Below are positions 10,864 through 22,983 of a DNA stretch of 64,000 nucleotides, piece after piece. Location: positions 248,001 to 312,000 of the forward strand of contig AP026173.1 in assembly GCA_030295235.1 (NCBI GenBank). The letters are read 5' to 3'. The translations under genes were made by a program, and so were the position numbers. The DNA is from Fistulifera solaris. Taxonomy: Eukaryota. Each line of letters begins with the position of its first letter. Within the stretch, counting starts at the first letter, position 1. The notes below the pieces were generated by a model. It was given only the letters and a program-made list of their open reading frames with translations, was not told where the DNA came from and made no database searches.

Positions 10864-13704
10864 TTACGCTTTGGTCGGTATCGACGCGTCCGGTGTTAAC
10901 GATTTCGAGCGGCTAAAGGCAACCGCTTGTTCCGCGCGGAACACTTGGCGAGCATTGCGTGAGCTTACACGTATCTGTAATGTCGGTAATATGACATTAT
11001 CAAGTGATTGTTTCGCCCGTATTCTTTCTTGGTATTGTTCCAAGATTTCTTCCCATGTTGTCATGGATGCTTTCGGTTGAGCTTCTCCCAAAATAACATT
11101 CTGGACTTCCGACTCGGATTTCGATTGCAATAGAAGATTCGCCACGCGCCGTTCCACTCCACCAATTTGTCGGCCGAGTGTCAAGACCGCAGCGTACAAG
11201 GTCCCGTCCACGACGAGATTCCGCCGTTCCAGTGAGTCCATGACGAATAGCAAAAAGCGAAAGCGCGTCTTGTCTTCCGTAGTTGCTTCTACGACAGAAG
11301 AGCGGAAGATTCCGAATGAATTCACTATGGTGTCAGTGATTTCTTTGCTGGGAATGTATCCCTTGAGTAAGAGATCAGTCAGCACTTGTCGAGCCAAATC
11401 GTAATCGTGCTTTTCCAAAGCGGCTCCTATGACATGTCGATAGGATCGCATGATAAGCTTTCCTGACATCAGTCGGGTTCCCCGTCTTTGATCACGCAAA
11501 ATGGATGCAGCTGCTTCCGGCTCGCCATTTCCGCAAAATGCTTGGATCCCCTGCGACATGGCATACCCATCGGGCTTCTCGATCTTTCGATAAACGCCCA
11601 CCGCCAAATCGTACTTTTGCGAGGCCAAACAAGCGCCCACCACAGACGTGAGTGTCTTCGTGTTAGGTTTGATTCCCACCGCGGTCATGCGCGACACCAA
11701 CTCCAGGGCACGTTCGTGATTTCCCAGCACGGCAGCCGCCGCAATCGCGGTGGTATAAAGGTGGACATTTTGAGTCAATCCAACTGTTTTGGTATTGGCG
11801 CAAGCGGATTCGAACAACGCCAAGCACGCGTTCGGCTTGTCGGCGCGCAGCATACCGTTCATCAAGATTCCGTAGGTCATCGCTTGCGGCGCGACGCCTT
11901 TTGTTTCCATTTCTTGAATCAATTTCGTAGCTTGAGACCATTCTCGATTTTCACTCAAATTTTGAATCATGGCGTTGTAAAAAACCACATCCATTGGGAT
12001 GTTGTATTCTTTCATATCGTAGAAAAGTTCTTGCAAATCCATATTGTTCTTGCATGACTTCATCAACGCATAATACGTGTACTTGTCGGGTCTTACTTTC
12101 GATCGTTTCATTTGATCAAACAGACGAAATGACTCGGTGAACTTCCCCGCCTTGACTAGAATATTCAAATACGTGTTGTAGGTGACAATATCGCGTTCTT
12201 TCATGCGCGCAAACACATCCGTCGCAAACTCGACCGCCCCGACGACTCCCAATTGATCGGCCGCCGCGAGTGCGACATTGTAACAGTACGTATCCAACTG
12301 AATGGAACCATACGCGCCCGTCCACGGCCACGGCGCCACTTCTTCCCCATCCACCGCGAGACCGGAACGTCCTTCCAAAGCCGCGAGAACTCGCTGTACC
12401 GCAGCGAGGTCTTGATTCTGGGCGTGTGCTTGCAACAACATGGTTCCCGTGTAGAGGTTCAACGCCGCATCGTTGGCTTGGAACGTCCGCGATGCATCGG
12501 GCAGTGGCGCCGAGGAGGCATCTCCACGAAACCCCGTCGACGCTTCAAACAATTGAATTGCTTTCAAAGGCTGTTCACACGACAAGTACGCGTGCATAAG
12601 CATGGCGAGTGTTTTCGCATCCATAGCCACCGACGCCGCCGATAACTTCTCCACAACTTTATCGGCCACCAATGCGGGTACCAAATCCAATTTGGAACGA
12701 ATGGACGCTTCTTTCGTACTGTATCGTTGCAGGACCTCGCGACATCGTTGGATGAGTTCTTTGTGATCGGTCGGAACATCTGTTGCGACAGTGTTGGTAG
12801 TGGCAGTCTTGGTGGCGGCGACGATGGGTTCTACGACCGCTCCGGGTTGCCGCTCAAAGCGCAACGTCACCGACTGACCCGGCAATCGTCCCGTGACGGC
12901 CGATATGACTCCTTCCACCGTCGAGACGGGCCACAATTTGTCACCCAACGATGTGTCGATGGCCAGCACGCGGTCTCCGACGCGCAACGCGTGTTGCACT
13001 AAATTGGGTGCGTTTGCCGCAATTTGCGAGACCAACACCATGCCATCGTTCGTTTCTTGTATTTGAAACCCGAGTGGTTTTTTGAGGGTCAATTCAAAGA
13101 CGTTGGTTTCGGTCAACTGCTCGACTTGCAGTCCGATGGACGTTGCGGCTTTCAGGGCGGAACGGACTCCTTGTAACGACACTTTGGGCCACCACCGGCC
13201 GTTGCCAGCCGATACGGACCGTACGACTTGACCTGGTCGCAGGCCTTGTTTCCAGGCCATTGACTCGGAATCGACATGTGACACGAGAATGCCGCGAAAG
13301 GTCGTATCCAACGGCCGTAACCAGGCTGGATCGAGGCGTGTTGTTGTGGTTGTTTTCGTAATTTGCAGTGACTGCAAATCGAGTTCACCGTTCAAGATGT
13401 TTCGTCCGGTATCAATCGCTACCAATCGTACATCTTGCGGCAAAGTGAATTGGAGACGGTGGATTTGCGGAATCGTACTTCGCGCTTGCAATTGTTTTTC
13501 AATCGCTTCTTGATCCATATCTTCTTCTTCCTGGGCAAACAAGTCATCATCGGGAACATAACTTTCCGAAAGTGTAGCCGATATTTGTCGTATCATGGCT
13601 TTTGGACGCATTCTAGGAGACGAGACCAAGGAAATGGGAAACGCATCACTCTCTAAGGACCGTATTACAAGTAACCCGTAGAGTGTTATGAAGGAAAGTC
13701 GCAT
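10864..13704 (-). CDS. PDZ-like plus pentatricopeptide repeat (PPR) protein, probably plastid-targeted
   Basis: 946-aa ORF; signal peptide ending SDAF-P; PDZ-like LKKPLGF...LRVGDRVLAI; multiple 35-aa PPR motifs (DIVTYNTYLNILVKAGKFTESFRLFDQMKRSKVRP). Confidence 0.85.
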   Translation of the reverse strand: MRLSFITLYGLLVIRSLESDAFPISLVSSPRMRPKAMIRQISATLSESYVPDDDLFAQEEEDMDQEAIEKQLQARSTIPQIHRLQFTLPQDVRLVAIDTGRNILNGELDLQSLQITKTTTTTRLDPAWLRPLDTTFRGILVSHVDSESMAWKQGLRPGQVVRSVSAGNGRWWPKVSLQGVRSALKAATSIGLQVEQLTETNVFELTLKKPLGFQIQETNDGMVLVSQIAANAPNLVQHALRVGDRVLAIDTSLGDKLWPVSTVEGVISAVTGRLPGQSVTLRFERQPGAVVEPIVAATKTATTNTVATDVPTDHKELIQRCREVLQRYSTKEASIRSKLDLVPALVADKVVEKLSAASVAMDAKTLAMLMHAYLSCEQPLKAIQLFEASTGFRGDASSAPLPDASRTFQANDAALNLYTGTMLLQAHAQNQDLAAVQRVLAALEGRSGLAVDGEEVAPWPWTGAYGSIQLDTYCYNVALAAADQLGVVGAVEFATDVFARMKERDIVTYNTYLNILVKAGKFTESFRLFDQMKRSKVRPDKYTYYALMKSCKNNMDLQELFYDMKEYNIPMDVVFYNAMIQNLSENREWSQATKLIQEMETKGVAPQAMTYGILMNGMLRADKPNACLALFESACANTKTVGLTQNVHLYTTAIAAAAVLGNHERALELVSRMTAVGIKPNTKTLTSVVGACLASQKYDLAVGVYRKIEKPDGYAMSQGIQAFCGNGEPEAAASILRDQRRGTRLMSGKLIMRSYRHVIGAALEKHDYDLARQVLTDLLLKGYIPSKEITDTIVNSFGIFRSSVVEATTEDKTRFRFLLFVMDSLERRNLVVDGTLYAAVLTLGRQIGGVERRVANLLLQSKSESEVQNVILGEAQPKASMTTWEEILEQYQERIRAKQSLDNVILPTLQIRVSSRNARQVFRAEQAVAFSRSKSLTPDASIPTKA

Positions 13705-14169
13705 GCTGGTTGTTGTGTCGGTAGATTGTATGAATTTGTAGGTCTTTTGTTTGTTTAAATTGAGACAGAGGATGCTGTTCGGAAGGGTTTCTTATTATTT
13801 GTTGTAATAGACTCTTTCTTTCTTTAATCCTTTTTCTTGTTCGCTCCTAAAGCCGGTCTCAATAATCCTGACTTGTTCGTGCCGGCATCTGTTGTTGTTA
13901 TTGCTGACGCAGTGTGCGGTGAGAAAGAGAGGAGATGGCGAAGAACAACGAGAGATCGCAACGTTTGGCTCTGGTCTTCAACTTGCGTCACAGTCGTGAG
14001 TCAAGGAATGACTTATAAGTCACGCTACGACATGTCATTTGCGCGAAAAAACGTCCCGCTCATCACAAAATAAATAAAACAGCGTCGAACCGTCCGCTTC
14101 ATGCGGTTCTCTTGACTCGCATTGCTTGTTATCTATTTCCTTTCAATTGATTCATTCATTTGCATCATC

Positions 14170-14491
14170 ATGAGTGCCGAAGACGAACCCGAAACCTTGA
14201 CGATTCGCATTCGTGATCATGTAAGCATAACGAACAGATGCTCTAAGACAACAAATCATCGCTCACTCTTCTTAACAGAACGAAGAATAAACCTTTTTAA
14301 AATTAAAAAGACGACCAAGATGCAAAAAGTTTTTGAAACGGTACGCGACCCGCAAAGGATTACAGTACGAGAGCTTGCGATTCTTGTTGGATGGTGAACG
14401 GGTCCAGCCCGAGAATACCCCCAAAATGCTCGAATTGGAAGATCAAATTGATGTGGTGCTCGCACAAGTGGGTGGTTCTTGTTCATGGTGA
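14170..14491 (+). CDS. SUMO: SUMO paralog 1
   Basis: TLTIRIRD, intron 14221-14278, FKIKKTTKMQKVF...SLRFLLDGERV...TPKMLELEDQIDVVLAQVGG-SCSW; small indels. Confidence 0.85.
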
Positions 14492-14781
14492 AGAGCACAT
14501 TAAAAGTCAATACTACGTATATAATAGAAAGCTAGAGGCGTATTCTGTATTCTCTCGTTCATTTCCATTTTGATGCCAACGACTCTTTGGATCACGCTAC
14601 GACACTTTTCACTATGGCTGGCCATACAATAAAAAGTGTTATTGGCGGGAAATTTTTCCCGCACGCTCTGCGGCGAGACGCGGACGCAAAGAGCACCTAT
14701 CGTGTTGTGTCGTTGTTGTTACTTCTTTTCGTTGCTACATTATTTCTCTATCAAACTTTTCGTTCCTTTTATTCTTTCATC

Positions 14782-15119
14782 ATGAGCGGAGAAGACCAAC
14801 CGGAGACGTTGACGATTCGTATTCGTGATCAGGTAAGAATGGCAAAGACATCAGTATGCGGAGGTGCTCGATAAAGGACGGAGTCTCATCCTTTTCTCTT
14901 TTTGACAGGACGGTCAGGAAACCTTTTCAAGATCAAAAGACAACAAAGATGCGAAAAGTCTTTGAAAACTACGCTACCCGCAAAGGAGTGCAAATTTCCA
15001 GTTTGAGATTCTTGTTGGATGGAGAAATTGTCGACAACGACACGACACCCAAAATGCTTGAATTGGAAGACCAAGATCAAATTGATTGTATGCTCGCACA
15101 AACGGGTGGTAGCTTGTGA
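14782..15119 (+). CDS. SUMO: SUMO paralog 2
   Basis: MSGEDQPETLTIRIRDQ, intron 14833-14908, ...SLRFLLDGE...TPKMLELEDQDQIDCMLAQTGG-SL. Confidence 0.9.
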
Positions 15120-15456
15120 AACAATAATAGACTTTTTTCTTGATAAGGAGGATAACTTTGGCGATTTAAATACCTGGTACCTGGTATTAGTGACCTTTGC
15201 ACCAATTGCACAGAGCGCTTTGTTACGTCACAATCGTGATTCAATCTTGTACCGCTACGACGCTCCGGCGTCATTGTTCAACGAAGAAACTCCATGGACG
15301 CGATGATGGCGGGAAAATCCTTCTCGCGCTCTCCGTTTCGTTTGGCGGTCGATGACATTATTGTTTGTGCGCACCCTCAACTCATTGTTGTGATTGTTGC
15401 TTGCTTGACTCATTCCCTATCCATTTCATTCTCTTTTTTGTTTGCGACTCATCATC

Positions 15457-15796
15457 ATGAGTGGAGACGACGAACCCAATCCGGACGCCTTGACGATTCG
15501 TATTCGAGATCAGGTAAGAAAGAACGATCTTTGGTGTGAAGCGGTTCGAAAGGAAACGAGTCGACATCTTACTATTAATTTATAGCAAGGAGAAGAGACC
15601 TTTTCAAGATCAAAAAGACGACCAAGATGCAAAAGTATTTGAAACTTACGCGACCCGCAAGGGATTGCAGATTGCGAGCTTGCGATTCTTGTTGGATGGA
15701 GAACGAGTGGAACCGACCAGTACCCCGAAAATGCTCGAATTGGAAGATCAAGATCAGATTGATTGCATGTTGGAACAGGCGGGTGGGTTCATGTGA
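15457..15796 (+). CDS. SUMO: SUMO paralog 3
   Basis: MSGDDEPNPDALTIRIRDQ, intron 15514-15585, ...SLRFLLDGERVEPTSTPKMLELEDQDQIDCMLEQAGG-FM. Confidence 0.9.
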
Positions 15797-15959
15797 CAAA
15801 GAAGAATCACGTGAATGCAAAACAAGATGGGAAGTTCCACGGAGACTGCATGATTGCCATTTTCCCTAACTCAAAACAACATGATCGTATTAGATAGCGC
15901 GCTTGTTGAGTTCTCCATGTCAATTATCTTTCTCAAAATTAGTCTATCTTGCACTATTA

Positions 15960-16392
15960 TTAGCGATACGCCAGAGGCGGTCGACTGGGACGACGGAAAC
16001 TATGGTACAAACTCGTGGCGGCGATCGACACGAGAGCACCCGTCACGTATCGTACGATCAATTCGTGATGGATTTCGGGAAAGTGATAATCCCAGGCACG
16101 TAAAAATCGTCGGATCTGGAATTCGAGACTGGCGCGTTCCGTCGTTTGCTCCAAAGTTCGAACTTGTCGTTGCAGCCTGAAGAGTGATTAAAGAATCGAG
16201 CGTGAGAAGCGTGAACAAGTTGCATAAAAACATCCACAAAGCATGAGCAACGCACCAAGTGGACTCTCCCGCACCACGTCCAGGGACCGTTAGATCCACC
16301 AAGAATTGAATGAGCTTATCGACGACTGCCGTGGGGCTAATTTCACAAACCGTATACCAAAAGGTAATCTGTCCTACGACCAAGACATCCAT
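15960..16392 (-). CDS. Unknown ~115-aa protein, tandem copy 1
   Basis: Exon 1 MDVLVVGQITFWY...GESTW, GT-AG intron, exon 2 LQRQVRTLEQTTERASLEFQIRRFLRAWDYHFPEIHHELIVRYVTGALVSIAATSLYHSFRRP; conserved with copy 2. Confidence 0.65.
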
Positions 16393-16733
16393 GTTTGGTT
16401 ACGTGTCGAAGCTATTGGATGAAAAGAACTTTTGAATGAATCATCATTAGTGCAGGATTGCACGAAAACATCGAAGGAGAGCAGCAACACGATGACAAGA
16501 ACACGCGAGGAAGAGGAAAAAGGATCCCGAATGCATTTGCAACACGTTGTCGTACAGGTTCCATGATTAAAGGTAACAGGGTACCAATCTGACTTTTAGA
16601 CGGATAGTCCACGGATGCCTTTTTCTTAGCCTCTGCATGGCCGTAAACGACTAAAGATAGAAGATAGATAGCGCACTTGTTGATTTCTGTATTTCAGCTA
16701 TCTTGTTACAAGTCAAATTAGGTTGTACTACGA

Positions 16734-17151
16734 TTAGTAATACCCCGGAGGCGGCCGACGACGGAAACTGTTGTACAAACTCGTGGCCGCCACCGACACG
16801 AGCGCACCCGCTACATACCGTACAATCAATTCGTGATGAATTTCGGGATACCGATGATCCCAGGAACGCAAATTCCGTCGAATATCCAATTCGCGACTGC
16901 TGCGTTCAGTTGTTTGTTCCAAAGTACGCACTTGTCGTAATAGCCTAAAGACTGAATGGAGTGAGAATAAGACCAATTTGACATCCAACGAAGAAAAGCA
17001 TCGATACAACGCACCAATTGGATCCTCCCGTACCACGTCCAGGGATTGTTAGATCCAGCCAGAACTCAATGAGCTTATCGACGACGGTTGTGGGGCTAAT
17101 CTCGTACACTGTATACCAAAAGGCAATCTGCCCTACTACCCAACTGTCCAT
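16734..17151 (-). CDS. Unknown ~115-aa protein, tandem copy 2
   Basis: MDSWVVGQIAFWY...GGSNW / LLRQVRTLEQTTERSSRELDIRRNLRSWDHRYPEIHHELIVRYVAGALVSVAATSLYNSFRRRPPPGYY; same intron position as copy 1. Confidence 0.65.
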
Positions 17152-17814
17152 TTTCGACTACGTTTCAAAAATTACTGAAGAAAAGGGCTTGGGGAAGGAG
17201 AATAAAAAATCACGGCAGGATTATTGCATGAAACATTGAATGAAATCATTTGCACGATGAACGCAACACGCGAGCGAGGACGAGAAAAGAGAAAAGCAAG
17301 AGAACGACAAATGCAATAAAACAATTTCATGTGTCGTACAGGTAAACATACTAGGTGGGTAGGTACCAGTCGGACTTATGGGAATTGATGTTTCCTCCAT
17401 GGGAGGGTTTCTACTTACTCCTAACCTTATGATGTTTCCTCCACACTCCACACTCCACAGTCCACAGTCCACAGTCATTTTTGTGGCCTAGAAAACAGTG
17501 CAACTACATTATTTCCACAGTTCGAGTACCGTTTCCACCGGTCACTCGACAATAACGTAGAGCAAAAGGGCCTACAGTGTCCAGCGTGCTCGAAGCGTGC
17601 GGCTTATTGCATTTATTTGTGCAACAACGAAGTGAGTGACAATGATCAAGTGAGGTGAAATGGCTGGATGATGTCTTCAGCGTTAATGATTTGAAAACCA
17701 ATCGTTTCTTTTCTCTTGACTCTCCAACACGAAAACAGCATTTGCGATCCACATGCGCGTATAGCATTCGAAAACAACTACTGTAAAACAGCAATAAAGA
17801 AAGAGTTCGCAATC

Positions 17815-18789
17815 ATGCCGTCGGCGCGGGTCGAAGATGATGACGGCGAACGTCCTTCGTCCTTCGAAACGGAACCAGTCGACGGTATTTTTCACGGCGA
17901 TCTTGTAAATACTGAAAGACCGTCGAATGAACGTTTACTGGCGACCGCTTTTGTGACATTCTTTTCGTTTGCTTCACTGCAACTCGTCTTTGCGTTCATT
18001 GCCGATTCGGAAGCGATGAAAGGTGATTCGGCGGCGATGATGGTCGATTCCATGACCTATTTGTGCAATTGGCTCGCGGAACATCGGAAAAATCATTTTG
18101 ATTGGAATGGAACTACGGGAGATGCTGCTGTGGACTCGGCGCGGGCGCAAAAACTCCGGGAACGCGCCTATCGAAAAATGGTCTTGCAGATGGAAATAAT
18201 ACCACCGCTCGTGAGTGTTTCGACACTGTTGGCCGTCACGACGGTCGTCACCTATCGTGCTATATTGGTATTAATGCGGGGTGTATCATCGTCGTCGCGA
18301 CATCCCAATTTACGTCTCATGATGGGATTTTCGCTCTTCAATTTGGGCTTGGATTGTTTGAACGTTTTTTGTTTTGCCCGCGCCAAGCATTTGACGGGAT
18401 ATTCCACCACTGCCGAGGATGATGACGAAGAAGAACACCGATGTGATTATCACCAGAATGGCACGCATGAAAATGGTTGTCCTCACCATACGCCGCAACA
18501 CGACGACAGCCCGAATTTGAACATGTGTTCGGCTTACACACACGTCATGGCCGATACGTTACGGAGTTTTGCCGTCATTTTGGCCGCACTCACGGCCTTT
18601 GTTACACCGGGTGTCACTCCCGAGCAAGCCGATGCGACGGCGGCCATTGTCGTTTCCGCATTAATTGCGTTGAGTTTGATTCCTCTGTTCAAGGGTTTGC
18701 TACGGTCCATACAGGAATTGCGGGGTATACTGAGGGACGAAGAAACGGAAAAGTTCATGGGAGACGACGACATGTCATCGAGTAGATAG
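17815..18789 (+). CDS. Cation diffusion facilitator (CDF/cation efflux) metal transporter
   Basis: About 6 TM helices; SEAMKGDSAAMMVDS in TM2; His/Asp-rich loop; NLNMCSAYTHVMADTLRS in TM5; ADATAAIVVS. Confidence 0.85.
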   Translation: MPSARVEDDDGERPSSFETEPVDGIFHGDLVNTERPSNERLLATAFVTFFSFASLQLVFAFIADSEAMKGDSAAMMVDSMTYLCNWLAEHRKNHFDWNGTTGDAAVDSARAQKLRERAYRKMVLQMEIIPPLVSVSTLLAVTTVVTYRAILVLMRGVSSSSRHPNLRLMMGFSLFNLGLDCLNVFCFARAKHLTGYSTTAEDDDEEEHRCDYHQNGTHENGCPHHTPQHDDSPNLNMCSAYTHVMADTLRSFAVILAALTAFVTPGVTPEQADATAAIVVSALIALSLIPLFKGLLRSIQELRGILRDEETEKFMGDDDMSSSR

Positions 18790-19009
18790 CTCGCATGGAG
18801 ATTGACGTGTCACGAAGACTCCTGATGCATTAGAACACAGTTCACTTTGTACGCCCCAACGGTGCCCGCCACAAGTGATAGATCGCTAGAGCAGTCCTTA
18901 CGAATGATTGATTAAAAATAATAAAGATCAAACAGTTTTTAAAAAGATTACAATATTTAGAGAATATAATGAATGGACAACAGAAATACTAACAACAACG
19001 ATTCCCCCC

Positions 19010-20144
19010 TTAAGCATGATATTGTTGTTGCCCGTAGACATCGGCCCCATCTTGCGCATAGGCCTCGTACGCCAATTGTGCATTGGGATCCGCGTAATAC
19101 GACGGATCGACGGCCGATGGAGCGGCTTGATTCGCCGTATATTGCTGCATTTCCATTTGAAATCGAATCTTATCTTCCGAAGCCAAATCTTCATAATGCT
19201 TCTTCTCGTCGGGAGTCAAGGCACGCCAGCGTTCTCCCATGACTTTGCCCAAATCCACAAATTTAATGCCCGGGAATTCTTGCATGACTTTGGGACGCAT
19301 CGTGTTGGTGAAAAGACGTACGCTCCACTTGCCCGTTTGGGGGCCGTCGGGTCGCGGGGTCCCCGTTTGTTGCGTCGTTTGGGACGATGATCTTCAATCA
19401 GTACACCCCGCGCGTCGTGTCCCGGTGGTGGCACATAGGAAGCCAGCTCTTCGTCGTAACGCGCCTTGTCTTGTTCGGCCCGTGCCTCCCAGGTGGCCTT
19501 TTCGTCGGGCGTGAGATTCTTGTACATGTGCGACGTGTATTTCGCGAGTTGACCAAACGTCATGCCGGGATTCTCTCGTTTGAATTGATCGCGCATCGCA
19601 TTCTGATAGAGCAAATAAGCACTCATATTTCTTTTGGGAGCATTAGTGTCTCGTTCCGGTTTCCCTCTCTTTCCGCCCTTCATGTTGGCGGGAAGGACAA
19701 TCGCATCTCCTTTAGCATCGTATCCACCAGGAGGAATGTAAGAGGCCAATTCGTGCAAATAACGAGTCTTGTCCGTTTCGGCACGCGCGATCCAAGTATC
19801 TTTTTCTTGGGGAGGAAGCTCCGAGTACATGGCGCTGGTGTACTTGGCGAGTTGACCAAATGTCATTCCGGGGTTCAGTTCTTTAAATTGATCTCTCATG
19901 GCGTTCTGGTACAACAAATAGGCACTCATATTGCGTTTCGGTGCTGCGAAACGCAAGAAAAAATAGAGAGAAAGCAAGAAAGATTGACGAATCATTGTGA
20001 AAAAATGAGGAACAAGCATCAAATAATGATCGAAACAATTCGCCAGCAAGAAGCAAGCAGATCAAGAAAGCCGTTCGACCCCTCATCATCATTGCGTATC
20101 GCGTATTACTTACCATTCGGATCACGTGCTGGTTTCTTTCCCAT
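19010..20144 (-). CDS. HMG-box protein with three HMG boxes (HMGB/NHP6-like)
   Basis: Short exon MGKKPARDPN plus intron; boxes APKRNMSAYLLY...MTFGQLAKY (x2) and APKRASGAYVF...MRPKVMQEFPGIKFVDLGKVMGERWRAL. Confidence 0.9.
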
Positions 20145-22315
20145 GGTCGAAACAAATATCGGATCTGAAAAATTCAAATTTTACGGTGGCCTGCCATGGT
20201 GAAGAACGGGAAAGCATTGGTGTTAGTACAATAAGGAGAGGGTTGACATCATATTTGAATATATTCTCTATACCAGAGTGTACAAACGTGATACGTAGCA
20301 GGTCTACTGCTAAACTACGACAATATTGTGGCGTGGCTGGACTGGCGTGTGCATGCGACATCGAAGCTGATAATACGAGTCCCGCTCTGCCGTCAGCGAA
20401 GCCGATCACGCCGGCCTGCCTTGCCTACACTGAACATGATACTCGTACGCACGAAGCATCTTCGTCGTCGACGGACTTCCCCCTCCATGGTCGTTTTGCT
20501 ACCAATTCCTACGTACAGCCGTAACGATTCGTACTCGATCAACGCGTTGCAACGCATCCTGTTGACGCTGGTACATGGCTTACTTGCATACAAAATGGTA
20601 TGGACTTTTACATACGCAACAACATCGTACTCATTTCAACGTCACGCAAAACAAATTTCGACAAACACAAACACACGCCAACACTCACCACTCTTTTCTT
20701 TTTCTCTTCCTTTGACGACGATGACACAATCGCTCGCTGCTGCAGATTATGACATGTGAGAAATCAATGTTCTCTTCGTCGCTGTTTTTCCCTTCGGTCG
20801 ATGACTGCCTGCGCGGATCGCGGGAAAATTCCAGATTCCGGGTTCCTTCAAGCGCTTTCTGGTTGTTGTTACCAGGTACGACTTGTGGCGGAAATGTTTC
20901 GTTTCGTCTTTGTATTTTATCAAATAAATAAAACAATTCAAACCTGAAACATTCATGGATGAATGACAATAGTCAAAAGTTTGAATGTACGAAAAAGAGC
21001 GGTGACGGCTTTGACATCCGGTGATTTAAGCGGAAGAGAAGGAAAGAATCTGCCGCCGTCGATTGTTGACAATCAACCGTGAATCGAAACATCACTTTCC
21101 GCCTTTTCAATTGTCGATTACAAAATGCGTTGACGAACGTGATGATGACAATTAACAGCGGCCCCTCACTTTCTGTGAGAAATGAATAATGGGACACAGG
21201 CACATGTCAAAACATTCGACGGCCACGGAATGGCCAGTCGTCGGTTCTATTTTACAAACCTTGGAATCATGCATGACGCTTCGTTTCTATGGTTTAACCA
21301 AGAATGGATGATGTTCCGCAAAGGAGTGATTTCCGCGAAGACTTGGTGTCCTCGTGTCGCTTTTCCGCAAAATGTATCCCAAACATGAAATGACACGCTA
21401 TAAAGCCGACGATCTATTCGACACAAGCCTTAGTAATCTAAGCCTGTTTACTCAAGCTTTGCGGCATGGGATAATTACCTTGATGTTACAAGGCTAGAGG
21501 GAGGATACAATGACAGGATATAGGATCGCTCTCTTCTTCAGGGCACAGAAAAAGGAACGTTCCTACGTATCCGCCGGTCAATTATTCTATGTTCGAAGAA
21601 AGTTGACTTCAAGCAATCGGGTGAAGTGAATATCTTGTTGGATTGGCTTGAAACTCCATGTCGGCATTATTGATGATGTTCGGCATTCGACATAAAGCCA
21701 TCGAATCAAACATCGGGAGCACGAGTTGTTGCAGCCCGTGGTCCTATTGTGCTTCAATTTTGCTTCGTCCAGAAAAGTCTTTTAATCCCGCTCATTCGAT
21801 AAGCAGAAAGGTTCAATGGGTCTTTTCACCTCAACAACTATTCTTCCCAAGGGCACCTACACTAGTCTAATTTTCGTCGGGAATGATGGTCGTGTTTCGT
21901 CTCCGACCACGGAGTCGCTCCGGTAACTCCGTCTAAACAATGCACATAAATATTTGTCAAAGTACTTTCTAGCGTAGTGTCGACCCACAAGATTTATGCT
22001 CCTCGGTTTGCTTTAGGTAGCTCGTGTTCTCTTTTCTACTTTTTTCCGTAGTGTAACAGGTCATTTATAACTGACTGTAACATAAAATGTGGGCGAGTCG
22101 TTCCACAGACGTTTTTAGCTTCGCGGTCGTGTCAGCGCGCTGCGGGCTGCGGGCGGTTCCCACTCGAGCAACCTTCCTTCTTTTTTTTTTACTCGGCACA
22201 ACACAACACAAACCGATCTTGTCGCAAGTGAATAAGATATCATTTTGTTGTCGAATCTCAACTCATCGCTCACATTATTCATTGATAACAATTATCGCTT
22301 CTCAAAAAAACAACT

Positions 22316-22983
22316 ATGATGGATTACAAGTTCACCGAAAACCCCTTCAGTTCTCGCAAGCCACCGACGCCCATTGTCGCGCAACGTTCCCCGTGAGCTC
22401 GGGCCAGTCGCGTACACGCTCCTGGGATGCGGATTGCTCATGACGGCCTTTTTCTTCCTCGTTACCGAACAACTCGGTCGTTCTTATTCCGGCACAGTCC
22501 GATCGACCACCCTTTCGACCCGCCGGATTGCGGGGTCAAGCCAGTCTCCGCTTGGTGTCGGGCAAGGACGAATCTTTGCCCAAATTCACCGTCGCGAATG
22601 ACAGTCGCGAAGAAGATGTTGACGATGCGGATCATGATCCGCAGTACATCATGCCGTTGCGCAAGTTTTTAGGAACGCGACAACAAGCGGCGCAGCGGGA
22701 ACATCACGAGATTCATGATCAAGTGCAAGATCATATTTTTGGACAAAATCGAAGTGGTGCGACTGTCGAGATTGAGGAGGATCCGTCGGTCATCATCAAG
22801 GACTGGGAATCGGATGCGGAGGAAAAAGAAGAAAAAGATGATTCGTCGAGCCAAGACACGGTCAAGGCGAAGGAAGAAGAGGTTGAATCTGCTCCTTTGA
22901 AGGAAGAGCCTGCTCATGAAAAAGGAGAAGAGCGCGAGCCCGCTCACCGAGAAGAAGAACAAGTTGCGACGGAGAAACAGTGA
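22316..22983 (+). CDS. Unknown single-pass membrane protein with acidic C-terminus
   Basis: Frameshifted ORFs giving a TM segment (VAYTLLGCGLLMTAFFFLV) followed by a Glu/Asp-rich region. Confidence 0.45.

Noticed and set aside
17441..17478. CCACA(C/G)T heptamer repeat as a telomere-like tract
   Set aside because: About 5 units only and not TTAGGG-type; a simple microsatellite.
20200..22300. Short ORFs or RNA genes in long intergenic regions (also 32400-34300 and 60000-61000)
   Set aside because: No recognisable protein motifs, tRNA cloverleaf or rRNA similarity seen.
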